A program made the translations under genes and the position numbers. This document shows, piece after piece, positions 18,223 to 27,191 of a DNA stretch of 55,924 nucleotides. The notes beneath the pieces are model-generated. The model searched no databases. It worked only from the letters and a program-made list of their open reading frames with translations, and had not been told where the DNA came from. Positions within the stretch are counted from its first letter, which is position 1; each line of letters begins with the position of its first letter. Source of the stretch: a virus (Duplodnaviria; Caudoviricetes); the IMG/VR virus record IMGVR_UViG_3300037311_000518, positions 1 to 55,924 of that record, one strand, 5' to 3'.

Positions 18223-18362
18223 GCTTTATCAACCTTGGCTTCACGTATCAATCCAGAACGTTTCCAAGCCTTGATCGCATCTTCTGGAACATTTACAGGA
18301 TCACCCTCTCGAAACTCGCCATAAGGCGTCGATCTGAAAGAGCGTGTAGCTACATATGTCAT
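17967..18362 (-). CDS. small virion-associated-type protein; N-terminal about 48 aa shared with the frameshift fusion
   Basis: ATG with AGGA upstream, directly after the head-closure gene; contains in-frame C CCT TTG. Confidence 0.65.
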   Translation of the reverse strand: MTYVATRSFRSTPYGEFREGDPVNVPEDAIKAWKRSGLIREAKVDKAPLALRGGRPRASSRLDRASTNPTSILSNNGESEPETESSRSTGHGSLPRGATCSTPQTENGGNDTDLDFEANDGLPEDEPTRAA

Positions 18363-18373
18363 GAGATGAATCC

Positions 18374-18715
18374 TCAGCCTTGATTGATGCCGTTAGTGAC
18401 TGGCAACGTCATCCACTCCGAACCGCTATTGGGGTCTGGGATGACGCCAGCAATGTTGTAGATAGTTCCGCCGAACTGGATACGACACGAGTGATCGATA
18501 TTTGATCGCGCTCGAATGGTGATGCGAGCGGTCACTTCCGACTGGATGGCCTGCGCAGACAGCAATTCTCTCGCGCTCAACGGCTCTATTGAGGCCCAGC
18601 ATTCTGCGACATTAGACCATCCCTCTCCGATGACATCGCCATCGTCGTTAACGATAGACTGCATTCGCTCTATGGTGATTCGATGACGGAGCTTGCCAGG
18701 ATCAAACAGCTTCAT
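18374..18715 (-). CDS. head closure / head-tail adaptor (HK97 gp7, SPP1 gp16-like)
   Basis: GKLRHRITI, WASIEPLSARE and ITIR..YNI motifs. Confidence 0.9.
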   Translation of the reverse strand: MKLFDPGKLRHRITIERMQSIVNDDGDVIGEGWSNVAECWASIEPLSARELLSAQAIQSEVTARITIRARSNIDHSCRIQFGGTIYNIAGVIPDPNSGSEWMTLPVTNGINQG

Positions 18716-19044
18716 TTCAGCGTCGGCAACCTATGTGTATACAGCAACGCGACAACGGGCCGAGGCAAAAGGAACTGATCCCAGTCCTTGCCTTCAACGC
18801 CGGTTGGATCGCGCAGAAAATAACCGGCAAGATAGATCACGGCGCGCTGAATATCGGACGGAACGCCGATGATGTCGCCATTGCTGTCTATCGTGATTTC
18901 GCCATTTGAGTCGTGGTAATCAGCCTCAGTCTGATTCAGATGTCTCAGTACTGCAGCACTTGCAGCCTCAATAGCCGGGGCGACCGCTGGGTCATTTTCG
19001 TCATAGCGCAGCGCGATTCTCGCTTGTTCGACAGACACCAACAT
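18712..19044 (-). CDS. head-tail connector (HK97 gp6-like)
   Basis: LVSVEQAR..LR.D, VPSDIQRA and LP..V.ALL motifs. Confidence 0.85.
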   Translation of the reverse strand: MLVSVEQARIALRYDENDPAVAPAIEAASAAVLRHLNQTEADYHDSNGEITIDSNGDIIGVPSDIQRAVIYLAGYFLRDPTGVEGKDWDQFLLPRPVVALLYTHRLPTLK

Positions 19045-19047
19045 GGT

Positions 19048-20076
19048 TCAAACCCCGATTTTCACGGTCGGCGGCGGACCTAGATCTCGTCCGTGTTTTC
19101 CATCTACGCCGTCGCGGCCACTTCGCGCAGCAAGAGACCACTCATCTCGCAATTCAATGCACGGCTTTTTGTTCGTGTTCTTTGTAGCGATCCATAGGCC
19201 AGTAGGGAGCGAATAACAGTCGCCAGCTTGAGCCTTGCATCCCTCTCGCCAATAACCCTTGTAGTGAATTCCGCCGGCTGGATAACGGATCTCACGCTCT
19301 CCGAACTTCAGTGCTATCTCATGCGTTTTAGGGTCATATTCAGGGATCGGATCAGCCATGTTATTGCCGTCCTTGCCAACCACTTTCCCGAGGCGAATTG
19401 CATCACCCTTGCTGGTCGTGACGATCAGCTCGCCATCTCGATCGATCATTGCGCCAGCCAAACCAACGCCATCAGCGCCAGGGTCTCCTTTCTCGCCACG
19501 TTCGCCCATTTCGCCTTTCTGGCCGGTGGCGCCGTCTTTGCCATCGGTTCCGTCTCGCCCATCTTTGCCATCGACGCCGTGCTTAACCGGGTTGGCTTCA
19601 AAATACTTGGAAACACCATCGGCGACGTGCAGCGCAACCAAGGTCGACAGTTCATCTGTCGACAATAGTTCCTGGACAACTTCAGTGATATCGATTGGCT
19701 CGGCGTCCTTTCCGTCGGCGCCATTGTCACCACGATCGCCCTTGTCTCCTTTTTGAGGCGGATTTGCCTTGATGTATTCGGCAACGCGCTGCTCGATCTG
19801 TTCATTTGTCGGAGGCGGCCCCGGCTCGCCACGGTCGCCGCGCTCGCCCTTTTCCCCTCGTGGTCCGGTGTCTCCAGATTGGCCCCGTTCACCAGCCGGG
19901 CCGGTCTCACCACGCTCGCCGCGAGGCCCCGCCTCGCCAGGATCGCCTTTCTCGCCACGTTCCGGCACGATGAGTTGGCGAGACTCGAGGGCCGAAATAC
20001 GGCGTGTCAGCGGAATCAACATGTCCGCAACCATGTCGCCCAGGACTTCGCCAATCGCCTTGTAGTCAAGCTGCAT
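19048..20076 (-). CDS. collagen-like (Gly-X-Y repeat) head-associated protein
   Basis: Three G-X-Y tracts; C-terminal YKGYW..G...W.LAA.SGRDG domain; follows the portal gene. Confidence 0.8.
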   Translation of the reverse strand: MQLDYKAIGEVLGDMVADMLIPLTRRISALESRQLIVPERGEKGDPGEAGPRGERGETGPAGERGQSGDTGPRGEKGERGDRGEPGPPPTNEQIEQRVAEYIKANPPQKGDKGDRGDNGADGKDAEPIDITEVVQELLSTDELSTLVALHVADGVSKYFEANPVKHGVDGKDGRDGTDGKDGATGQKGEMGERGEKGDPGADGVGLAGAMIDRDGELIVTTSKGDAIRLGKVVGKDGNNMADPIPEYDPKTHEIALKFGEREIRYPAGGIHYKGYWREGCKAQAGDCYSLPTGLWIATKNTNKKPCIELRDEWSLAARSGRDGVDGKHGRDLGPPPTVKIGV

Positions 20077-21427
20077 CGATCAACATCCTTTTGTCTACGC
20101 GCTTGCGCATTTCATGGCACAAGGCCGCTGTCGCCATGGTGCGCGCCCCGTCTTCCGGCGCTGGTGCAGGATTGAACGGATCTGACAGCGCATCGCGTTT
20201 CGCGAGGGCTTCAAGACTGTAATTCTGCTGTTGCATGTAAACCGTGTCGCCGCCTTCAAGCGGCCACAATCCGAACTTCAATCGCGCCTCGTTCGGCGTG
20301 GATATCGACGAGCCAACAAGTTTTCCCTCGACCTCAGCCTGCTTTCCGGCATCCATGCGCAGCAATGGCGCTAGGTCAAGTTCAATACCATACGGTTCCG
20401 GCATCGACAGACCGGAATCGAGCAGGTATTCCATTGACTCGATGTGAGACTGAAGCGCGTCGGCGTAGTAGAGCTGATTTAGATCATCGACCTTCAGTCC
20501 GGCAGGAATTGATCCAATGCCGATCTTGAAAGGCGGAACTCCAAATGGCTGACAAATCTGTTCGTCGCTGTATTTCATTTGCTCGACGAGCTGCGAATCC
20601 GCCGCGTTGATCGCCATCTGCTCGTATTTCAGGTCACCACCGAGAATAGCGATCTTCCCCGCTTTTTCACCAGTGAAATTGCTGTCCCAATACTCTTTAA
20701 GCTCTGCTGCTTGTTCGTCGGTAATTCCAGCAGGCGCCGTCAGTATTCCGCCTGGTCGAGCACCGTTGCCAAAGAACGTTGCTGCGCTTGTCAGAATTTT
20801 CAGATTTTTGACAGTCGGCCAGTATGCCGCGCACAGCGGAGGAACGCCGATCAGCGGGTGGTGAAAAGTGTTTGCCCGGTCGTGGATGATCTCTCGTGCA
20901 GGAACGGTAACCTGACGGCCGCTGTAGCTATCCCCAAGCAGAGACGACACACTGTCGCTATTGAGCTGGTAAAAGACATCCCCGCTGTCGGAAACCAATG
21001 GCAAAACTCGGCATGGGTCAAGCACGTAAAGACCGTCGACCTTGCCGGTCTTGTCCCTGCGCTTCAGTACATAGGTGTTCCCATGGATCAGCTTGGAAAG
21101 CATCCATGATTCTCGGAACTGTTGCCCGTTTTGGTAATGATTGGGTGAATTGAAGAGCTGCTTCCATTCTCCTGGCTGGACTGTTTTCCAGATGCCGTTT
21201 GCGTAGCCTTGTTTCAGCAGGAACGGGAGCTTTCCGATGTCCTGAGAAATTCTGGATATGCAGGCATATAACGCCGGATAACACAATACGTCGCCACGAG
21301 TTTCGGTGACGTTCTTTTGCCAAGCGCCTGTGAACGATTCTGCGATGAGGCGCCAACCGCTACGATACGACGGGACTGGATTCAGCGCCTTCTTCGATCG
21401 CGTGATCTCAAGGCCAAACAGTCTCAT
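20066..21427 (-). CDS. portal protein (HK97 family)
   Basis: ACISRISQDIGKLP, PN.YQ, GNTYV, FF.NGARPGGIL and TPNEAR motifs. Confidence 0.95.
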   Translation of the reverse strand: MRLFGLEITRSKKALNPVPSYRSGWRLIAESFTGAWQKNVTETRGDVLCYPALYACISRISQDIGKLPFLLKQGYANGIWKTVQPGEWKQLFNSPNHYQNGQQFRESWMLSKLIHGNTYVLKRRDKTGKVDGLYVLDPCRVLPLVSDSGDVFYQLNSDSVSSLLGDSYSGRQVTVPAREIIHDRANTFHHPLIGVPPLCAAYWPTVKNLKILTSAATFFGNGARPGGILTAPAGITDEQAAELKEYWDSNFTGEKAGKIAILGGDLKYEQMAINAADSQLVEQMKYSDEQICQPFGVPPFKIGIGSIPAGLKVDDLNQLYYADALQSHIESMEYLLDSGLSMPEPYGIELDLAPLLRMDAGKQAEVEGKLVGSSISTPNEARLKFGLWPLEGGDTVYMQQQNYSLEALAKRDALSDPFNPAPAPEDGARTMATAALCHEMRKRVDKRMLIDAA

Positions 21428-21428
21428 G

Positions 21429-21758
21429 TCAATCCTGATCGCGAAGCGCGGAACGAATCTTTTCTGCGCCGGCACGGTGGTGGACGTTCAGACCGCGCGC
21501 ATTCGCCAGCGCACGGAGTGCGTCAGGATCCATGGCATCGTATTCGTCAGCCGTCACCGGCTCGCATGACGACGCTGGAGCAGGCGTGATGGCGGCTGCC
21601 GGTAGGCCAGTGGAAGCCGGTTCCATGTGCCGCGTCGCGTAAGTCTGGGTCGCCAGTCGCGCGTATCCGACCCGAACCAATGCGCGAGCCTTGCTGTCGC
21701 CGATCGTTCGGCGCGAGCCTTTGGCGGGCCCTTTGAGCATCTCGACTTCAGTCGCCAT
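21429..21758 (-). CDS. small head-associated protein with C-terminal Rho-N/HeH-like helical domain
   Basis: C-terminal YDAMDPDALRALANARGL...KIRSAL segment; near the capsid gene. Confidence 0.6.
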   Translation of the reverse strand: MATEVEMLKGPAKGSRRTIGDSKARALVRVGYARLATQTYATRHMEPASTGLPAAAITPAPASSCEPVTADEYDAMDPDALRALANARGLNVHHRAGAEKIRSALRDQD

Positions 21759-22251
21759 GATGATCTCCAAAGGGGAAGCGCGTTATTGCGCTCCCCGGTG
21801 TGTAGTTGGTGACGCTGACGCCCGCATTCCTTCGCGCCCAGTCGTCGAATTGTTGAAGCAGGATCGATCGCCTCTGATCGCTCGTGTTCCGCAGCCCGTT
21901 CGTGTATGGGCCGAAAAAGTGAGATCCGTGCATGTCGAATCCGTAGAGACCGATGCTTCTGGCGCCTATCATCAGCGCGACATCCAGCGCCATGACGCCT
22001 GATCCTGTGCCGGCGCATACTGAGAAATACTCGGCACCATTGACATCGGTAGAATTGCAGAAGCGGAGTGCATCAAAATCCAATGCTTCAGGATGTTTCA
22101 ACCACCAGCCTCGATCGGCAGCAACAAGTGCATCCGCTCGATCCACAAGCTGAAATGCGTTCCCGACCACGACAAGGCGATCGCATCTCAACGCATCCTC
22201 AACGAGTGCCGGAGCACTAGGCCCCGGCGCCAGCAGCGCCCAGGTTTCCAA
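21748..22251 (-). CDS. second Maf/MptE(DUF115)-like putative glycosyltransferase
   Basis: LLAPGPSA, VVGNAF, LVAAD.GWW, SGVMAL..A...GA..I.LYGFDM.GSHFFG motifs; TTG start is uncertain. Confidence 0.65.
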   Translation of the reverse strand: METWALLAPGPSAPALVEDALRCDRLVVVGNAFQLVDRADALVAADRGWWLKHPEALDFDALRFCNSTDVNGAEYFSVCAGTGSGVMALDVALMIGARSIGLYGFDMHGSHFFGPYTNGLRNTSDQRRSILLQQFDDWARRNAGVSVTNYTPGSAITRFPFGDHHGD

Positions 22252-22253
22252 GC

Positions 22254-22284
22254 AGAGAAAGGCGGCGGAGCGAACCCCGCCGCC
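22254..22284 (-). terminator. intrinsic terminator after the major capsid gene
   Basis: Minus strand reads GGCGGCGGGG-TTCG-CTCCGCCGCC followed by TTTCTCT. Confidence 0.65.
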
Positions 22285-22291
22285 ACTTTCA

Positions 22292-23716
22292 TCACGATGT
22301 CGGGAAACCGTCGATCCACTGGACAGCGCCAGAACGACGCGCGCCCCACCAGATGAACCGTTCAGCCCGGAAGGCGATACTGTTTGTCTGGAACATCGAC
22401 ACCATCTGGGCCGAAGTCGGCGTACCGCTGTCCATGGACGGGGCCGTATCCATGACAAGCGACGCCTCCGTGCTCATGTCCAACGTCACCGCCCCATCAT
22501 CGGCCAGATATATCTCCGACTCATCGACAAGAATCAACGGAGCGCCACCAGAACCGCCGTTATTAGCGAGATACTGCGACACACGAAGAGGCACGCCCTC
22601 CAGTGTGCCACCCGTAGGGGTCACGCCAGGGAAGGCCGGTGCGCCGAGGGCGTCGCGAGTAAACGCGAGCAAGCGAGCAACTGCGGGGGTGGTGTAGTAA
22701 GCCGGACGTGCACCAATGAACGTGCTGTCCCAAGGCGCCCAAAGTCGCAGCAGCGCGGCTCGAATGTCGTCCGGATCAGTCGTTGCGGGACCAGCAATCG
22801 GAGACACGCCATTCAACAGGCCGGCCGGATTGACGTTGGCTACCGCAACGACATCTGGATCGAACAGATCCGAGTCGACGCGGGCAATCACAGTATCAGC
22901 CAACGAATCGCGCACCAGCATTTCCGCAGACGGATCAGAGAATCGAGCCAATTCCTGCGTGATAACAGCAATACCTGCGACCTTGGTGAACGGAACCGTG
23001 ATTGCGGTGTAATCGAATTTCGTCACCGGCTTGGCGTTGCTCTGTCCAACCCAGCCCGCGGTTCCGCCGCTGGTCTGGCCCGCGATACGGACGTTGAACG
23101 GTACCGGACGAAACTGCGCCTGCCCGATAAGGGTGCGCGGCCGCAGGTATTCAATGAAGTCGCCGCCAAATGTCTGTGCATCAACAAGCGGGGCTGCCCA
23201 CGTCGATTCCGTGGTGGTACCTGCTGAGACGGCAGCCTTCATCTGATACAGGCTCTGAAGGTTTGCGCCTTCGGCTTGTGCTTTCAGCGTCCGGACAACC
23301 GCTTCTGTCTGGGGATAGTGCCGCTGCGCTAACGTGAATGCGACTGAGTGATTTCCCTTGGCTGCCGTGAGGCACATCGCATAACGGGCGAATGCGATAC
23401 CCGGATCGAGTTTCTCTGTCTTCTTGAGCTCAAGGCCGATACGAGAGCCAGCCGGCGCCCCTTCGGATGCCTTCGCCTGGTCGACAACGGACTGCGCGGT
23501 CTTTCCGGCGGATTCCTCCAGCCGAGCGAAACGCGCAATGTCGGCATCTAGCGTCTTGATGCGGGACTCGATTTCGTCGAACTCGGCCTGCGCGGCCGAG
23601 TCCATGGTCTCGCCCGTTTCGATCACGCTTTTCGCGATCTCCTCGTGGCGGGCTTTCTGCGCATCGCGGGTCGCGCGCAGATCGGCGAGATGCTCGCCGT
23701 ACGTCTTTCCTGCCAT
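22292..23716 (-). CDS. major capsid protein (HK97 fold, N-terminal coiled-coil delta domain)
   Basis: FIEYLRPRT, AGWVGQ..AKP, KVAGIAVIT.EL and SMFQTNSIAFRAERFI.W motifs. Confidence 0.95.
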   Translation of the reverse strand: MAGKTYGEHLADLRATRDAQKARHEEIAKSVIETGETMDSAAQAEFDEIESRIKTLDADIARFARLEESAGKTAQSVVDQAKASEGAPAGSRIGLELKKTEKLDPGIAFARYAMCLTAAKGNHSVAFTLAQRHYPQTEAVVRTLKAQAEGANLQSLYQMKAAVSAGTTTESTWAAPLVDAQTFGGDFIEYLRPRTLIGQAQFRPVPFNVRIAGQTSGGTAGWVGQSNAKPVTKFDYTAITVPFTKVAGIAVITQELARFSDPSAEMLVRDSLADTVIARVDSDLFDPDVVAVANVNPAGLLNGVSPIAGPATTDPDDIRAALLRLWAPWDSTFIGARPAYYTTPAVARLLAFTRDALGAPAFPGVTPTGGTLEGVPLRVSQYLANNGGSGGAPLILVDESEIYLADDGAVTLDMSTEASLVMDTAPSMDSGTPTSAQMVSMFQTNSIAFRAERFIWWGARRSGAVQWIDGFPTS

Positions 23717-23885
23717 TTCAAATTCCTACATTTGGGAATGGCTTCGCTTCTCAGCGATGCCTTTTCGTCCGTCTCACGACGGTCGTGCTTCGCAGCCCTA
23801 TGGCCCTGCGGGGCAATGCCTGCGTCAACGTGCCGCGAGTGCGGCTATCACCGGCGGCAGTGCGGCCGGCGAGATAGGTGAAGGG

Positions 23886-24512
23886 CTAGGCCCTATGAAT
23901 CTTCAGTGTCCCGCGCTCTGTGAACGCCATCTCGTCAGGTTTTTGTGCGCGGATAATCGGAACGGTGCCGCGCTTGGCAGCGGCATCAAAACGGCTGATC
24001 TCGCGAACATCCTTGAGAGAAAGTTCTCGCATGGACTTGACCGATGTAATGATCGCTTCTGGGAGCGCCGGCACAGAAACCGTACTCAGCTCGTAAATCT
24101 CGATTGAATGAAAATCAACGCCGCCGTCTTCCATAAAGGCGTACTTGAGTGGTCGAAATCCGATACTGACCGCTCGAACTATTCCGTACGAGATTTCGCC
24201 CCATGCTGTGTCAACCCGGTCCTTCAGTGGGCCAGGTTCAGTGATGACGGGAATCTCTGCGTCAAACTCAATACCGGCTTTGGTCGGCTTGCGGAACCGG
24301 ACGACGCCAATCGGTTGATCGTGCCTGTGCTGATGCAGGAGAACAACGGGATTCTTGAATGACGCGCCCATCGGGTTGATGACATCGCCAACGCGATCCG
24401 TCGCTGGTGTGGTGGCCCATCCGCTGAAGGTTCTCCGGCTCTCGTCGACCGCCTTCACTTCGAAGGCGGCGAACGCGCGATTATTGACTTCCATATTCGT
24501 CTCCGCGCTCAT
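23886..24512 (-). CDS. prohead protease (HK97 family)
   Basis: FSGWATTP.TDRVGD, LLHQH.HDQPIG, VSIGFRP and ELSTVSVPA motifs. Confidence 0.92.
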   Translation of the reverse strand: MSAETNMEVNNRAFAAFEVKAVDESRRTFSGWATTPATDRVGDVINPMGASFKNPVVLLHQHRHDQPIGVVRFRKPTKAGIEFDAEIPVITEPGPLKDRVDTAWGEISYGIVRAVSIGFRPLKYAFMEDGGVDFHSIEIYELSTVSVPALPEAIITSVKSMRELSLKDVREISRFDAAAKRGTVPIIRAQKPDEMAFTERGTLKIHRA

Positions 24513-26260
24513 CCGAGGATGAGCATCCTGTATTCGGGTGGCTTTGCTGGTTCCGCATTCAGTGACGCGCCGATGGCCATCAGCAGCGCGGTCATGTCGT
24601 CGATCTTCTCGGGCGCGCGCTTCTTGTCTGGCGCCATATTCATGTTCTGGTCTGTTCGTGCGACGAGGTTGCTGGCGCACCAGGTCAGTACCGGATCCTT
24701 TCCGTGCGCGAAGTTGCCGGCGATGTACGCACGCTCAAGTGCCTGCATGGCAGGGTGGTACGATTTCGGCCCCTGGATGAACTGAACCATGGGCAGGCTA
24801 GCCGCCGTCAGTCGATTCACCAGGTCCGATGCGTTCCAAGCGTCATACGCGATCGCGCCCGGCTTGAATCGTTTGCAGGCCGCGAGAATGTCGGCCTCGA
24901 CCTTCTCGTAGTCGCAGACATCGCCATCGGTCTGGATGATGTGACCGGACTGAACCCATGCCGCATACGGAATCGTGCCGCGCTCTGTGCGCTGCGATAC
25001 CGCGTACTGCGGCACCCAACGCAAGCCCCAGGTGTAGTAAACGCCATCAACCGGCCAGACGATCCGGAATGACGTGAGGTCGCGAGTGCTGGCAAGGTCC
25101 AAGCCGGCCCAGCAAGGCTTGCCCTCCAGAAATGCAAGATCGACAGGACGCGTGCATTGAGCCCATCGTTCTAGGTCGATCCAAGCTTCCGCCGAGGCCG
25201 CCTCGCGATTGAGCCGCTTGATCTTGAACTCCGCCATCTTCGATGGCATCGACTTCGCTTCGACCGCCTCCTTGCGGATGGCGTTGAGCAAGTTCGGATT
25301 GACGTCGATCAGCGGGTTGGCCTTAATCCAAGCCGCCTCGTCGAACTCGCTGTCCTTGTCGTCTAGGGCGAAGAACAGGGCGAGGAAGTGGTCAGCCTCG
25401 TTGCCGAACACGCCTTGCAGAACCTGCTTGGCAAAATTGCGCAGGTCCGACCATGGTCCCGGATTCGGGTATCCCTCGGTCGTGGTGTATAGCCACAAGG
25501 GCGAGCGCCGAGCGCCGGCAGCCGAGGTCAGGACGTTGACAAGATCGGCCGTCTTGTGAGCATGAATCTCGTCTAGGCCGACATGCGACGGGTTCAGACC
25601 GTCCTGCGTGCTTGCCTTTGCATTGATCGGCTTGAAACTGGCGCCGGTCTCGAACCTTGCTATTGAACTGGCGAAACAATCCAGCCCGAATGCCTCGCGA
25701 AGGTCGGGGGTCTTTTCGACCATCCGTTTCGCGACGTTGAAAATAATCCGCGCCTGCGATCCAGTCGTTGCGGCAGAGATGATCTGAGCGCCCGGCTCAT
25801 TCTCGCAACACTGGCAGTACAGCAGGATCGCTGCGGCCAAGGTCGACTTGGCGTTCTTCCGTGCCACCGCGAATAAGGCCGACGTGAACCGCCTCGATCC
25901 ATCATGGTTTCGGAACCCGAACAGTTGAACCACAAAGAACACGTGCGAAGGGTGAAGCAGGATTTCTGCTTGATCCGTCCCGTCCGGGTTTTTCCAAACG
26001 CCCTCTACGTGCGGAAGTTTCTCGATGAAATCGCAGGCGTCGGTCGCGTGCCATGAATCGAATGTGAAAGGGGAAGATTTCGCCTTGGCGCGTTGCAAAT
26101 CTTCTTTGAAGCGCTTCGCCGCCAGCCGAACCCACTTGCCGTAGCGTTTCCCCGCCTTGTCCGCAATCGCCTCATCGGCATAGGCCGTCGCGATCGCTAC
26201 ATAGTCACGCGGTCCGCTTGCCGTTTCCGGCGAATCGGTTCCCTTTCTTTTCCTCGCCAA
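24509..26260 (-). CDS. terL: terminase large subunit
   Basis: Walker A ARKNAKST, Walker B LDEIH, nuclease motifs GLDLAST.D and KIDD. Confidence 0.95.
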   Translation of the reverse strand: MARKRKGTDSPETASGPRDYVAIATAYADEAIADKAGKRYGKWVRLAAKRFKEDLQRAKAKSSPFTFDSWHATDACDFIEKLPHVEGVWKNPDGTDQAEILLHPSHVFFVVQLFGFRNHDGSRRFTSALFAVARKNAKSTLAAAILLYCQCCENEPGAQIISAATTGSQARIIFNVAKRMVEKTPDLREAFGLDCFASSIARFETGASFKPINAKASTQDGLNPSHVGLDEIHAHKTADLVNVLTSAAGARRSPLWLYTTTEGYPNPGPWSDLRNFAKQVLQGVFGNEADHFLALFFALDDKDSEFDEAAWIKANPLIDVNPNLLNAIRKEAVEAKSMPSKMAEFKIKRLNREAASAEAWIDLERWAQCTRPVDLAFLEGKPCWAGLDLASTRDLTSFRIVWPVDGVYYTWGLRWVPQYAVSQRTERGTIPYAAWVQSGHIIQTDGDVCDYEKVEADILAACKRFKPGAIAYDAWNASDLVNRLTAASLPMVQFIQGPKSYHPAMQALERAYIAGNFAHGKDPVLTWCASNLVARTDQNMNMAPDKKRAPEKIDDMTALLMAIGASLNAEPAKPPEYRMLILG

Positions 26261-26621
26261 GCGGTTTCACCTTGCCCTGCGCAACCGGCGTCAGGCCGAA
26301 GTCGTTGATCAATGCCCGGTACTGGGCAACCATGTGGCCGGTCGGAGACTCGCCGGCGGCGTATAGCTGAACGATCTTCCCGTGCAGTGCGCACAAGTGG
26401 CCAAGGGCCGAAATCCCCGCCTCAGTCAGCAGCCGATTGGCGTGAAGGATCGCCGCTAGTCGATCAAACTCTCGGATCGCATGTCCGTTCGGGAGCCAAT
26501 CTGGCGCTGCGGGAATTGAGTCAACGAGCGGAAGATCGACGTGTGTATCCGGTGCTCGGTCGGGCCTCAAAGTGCCGGCCACCGCCTTCAAATGGGCCGG
26601 CCGTTTTCCTGGTCCGGGCAT
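26205..26621 (-). CDS. terS: terminase small subunit (P27 family-like)
   Basis: PGKRPAHLK..GT, PDWL and FGLTP motifs; SD CAGGAG. Confidence 0.85.
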   Translation of the reverse strand: MPGPGKRPAHLKAVAGTLRPDRAPDTHVDLPLVDSIPAAPDWLPNGHAIREFDRLAAILHANRLLTEAGISALGHLCALHGKIVQLYAAGESPTGHMVAQYRALINDFGLTPVAQGKVKPLGEEKKGNRFAGNGKRTA

Positions 26622-26639
26622 GGGATATCTCCTGATTAA

Positions 26640-26735
26640 TCTGGTTTTGCAACCTGGCGGCGCGAATAAACACCTGTGCGCCCGCTGTCCGGCGTGAACG
26701 CCTTGGAATTTTTGGATACCCGCCCCCTGATTGGT
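26640..26735 (-). other. candidate cos region
   Basis: Intergenic between HNH and terS with a GGGGGCGGG motif, as in HK97-like cos phages; exact cut site not determinable. Confidence 0.35.
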
Positions 26736-27059
26736 TCAGACGCGGGATGGTCGGAGCGGATACCCATCAATACCGACCTTTTGAGCTAATCGCCTGCCTG
26801 TGTCCTTGGCGGTCTTCGCTTCATGACACTCATTACAGATTGCTCTAAGGTTCGACTCATCATCCGTGCCGCCGTTTGCCAGCGCCTGGATGTGATCAAC
26901 CGCTGTCGCCTCCGTCACACGGCCGTCGAAGGCGCATGGCTGGCACAGGTACTTGTCACGCTCCAGGATGCGCTGCCTGAGTCGTCGCCATGGCCGGCCA
27001 GATAGGCCTTGCCTGTCTTTGCTGCGGTCCCAGGCCTTGCCTCGGGTTTGTCGCCTCAC
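26736..27059 (-). CDS. terminase-associated HNH endonuclease
   Basis: RD.YLCQPC, VDHI, GGTDD..NL..IC..CH..KT motifs. Confidence 0.9.
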   Translation of the reverse strand: MRRQTRGKAWDRSKDRQGLSGRPWRRLRQRILERDKYLCQPCAFDGRVTEATAVDHIQALANGGTDDESNLRAICNECHEAKTAKDTGRRLAQKVGIDGYPLRPSRV

Positions 27060-27191
27060 TTAGTCGCCCGCTTTCGATCAAGCGTCTTACGGATTCGTGC
27101 CGCCTGTTCCTTGAGCCACTTGGCCATCCGCTCCCGACGCTCCTTGCAGCCGCAGCTCATGGCAGGACCCCCGACCGTTTGTGCCAATCCG

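Noticed and set aside
19440-19960. Repetitive sequence as a CRISPR array or DGR repeat
   Set aside because: The periodicity is explained by Gly-X-Y collagen codons; no spacers and no reverse transcriptase are present
22252-22458. Capsid-to-Maf fusion by +1 frameshift
   Set aside because: The frame is open but has no convincing shift site, and the interval is explained by a terminator hairpin
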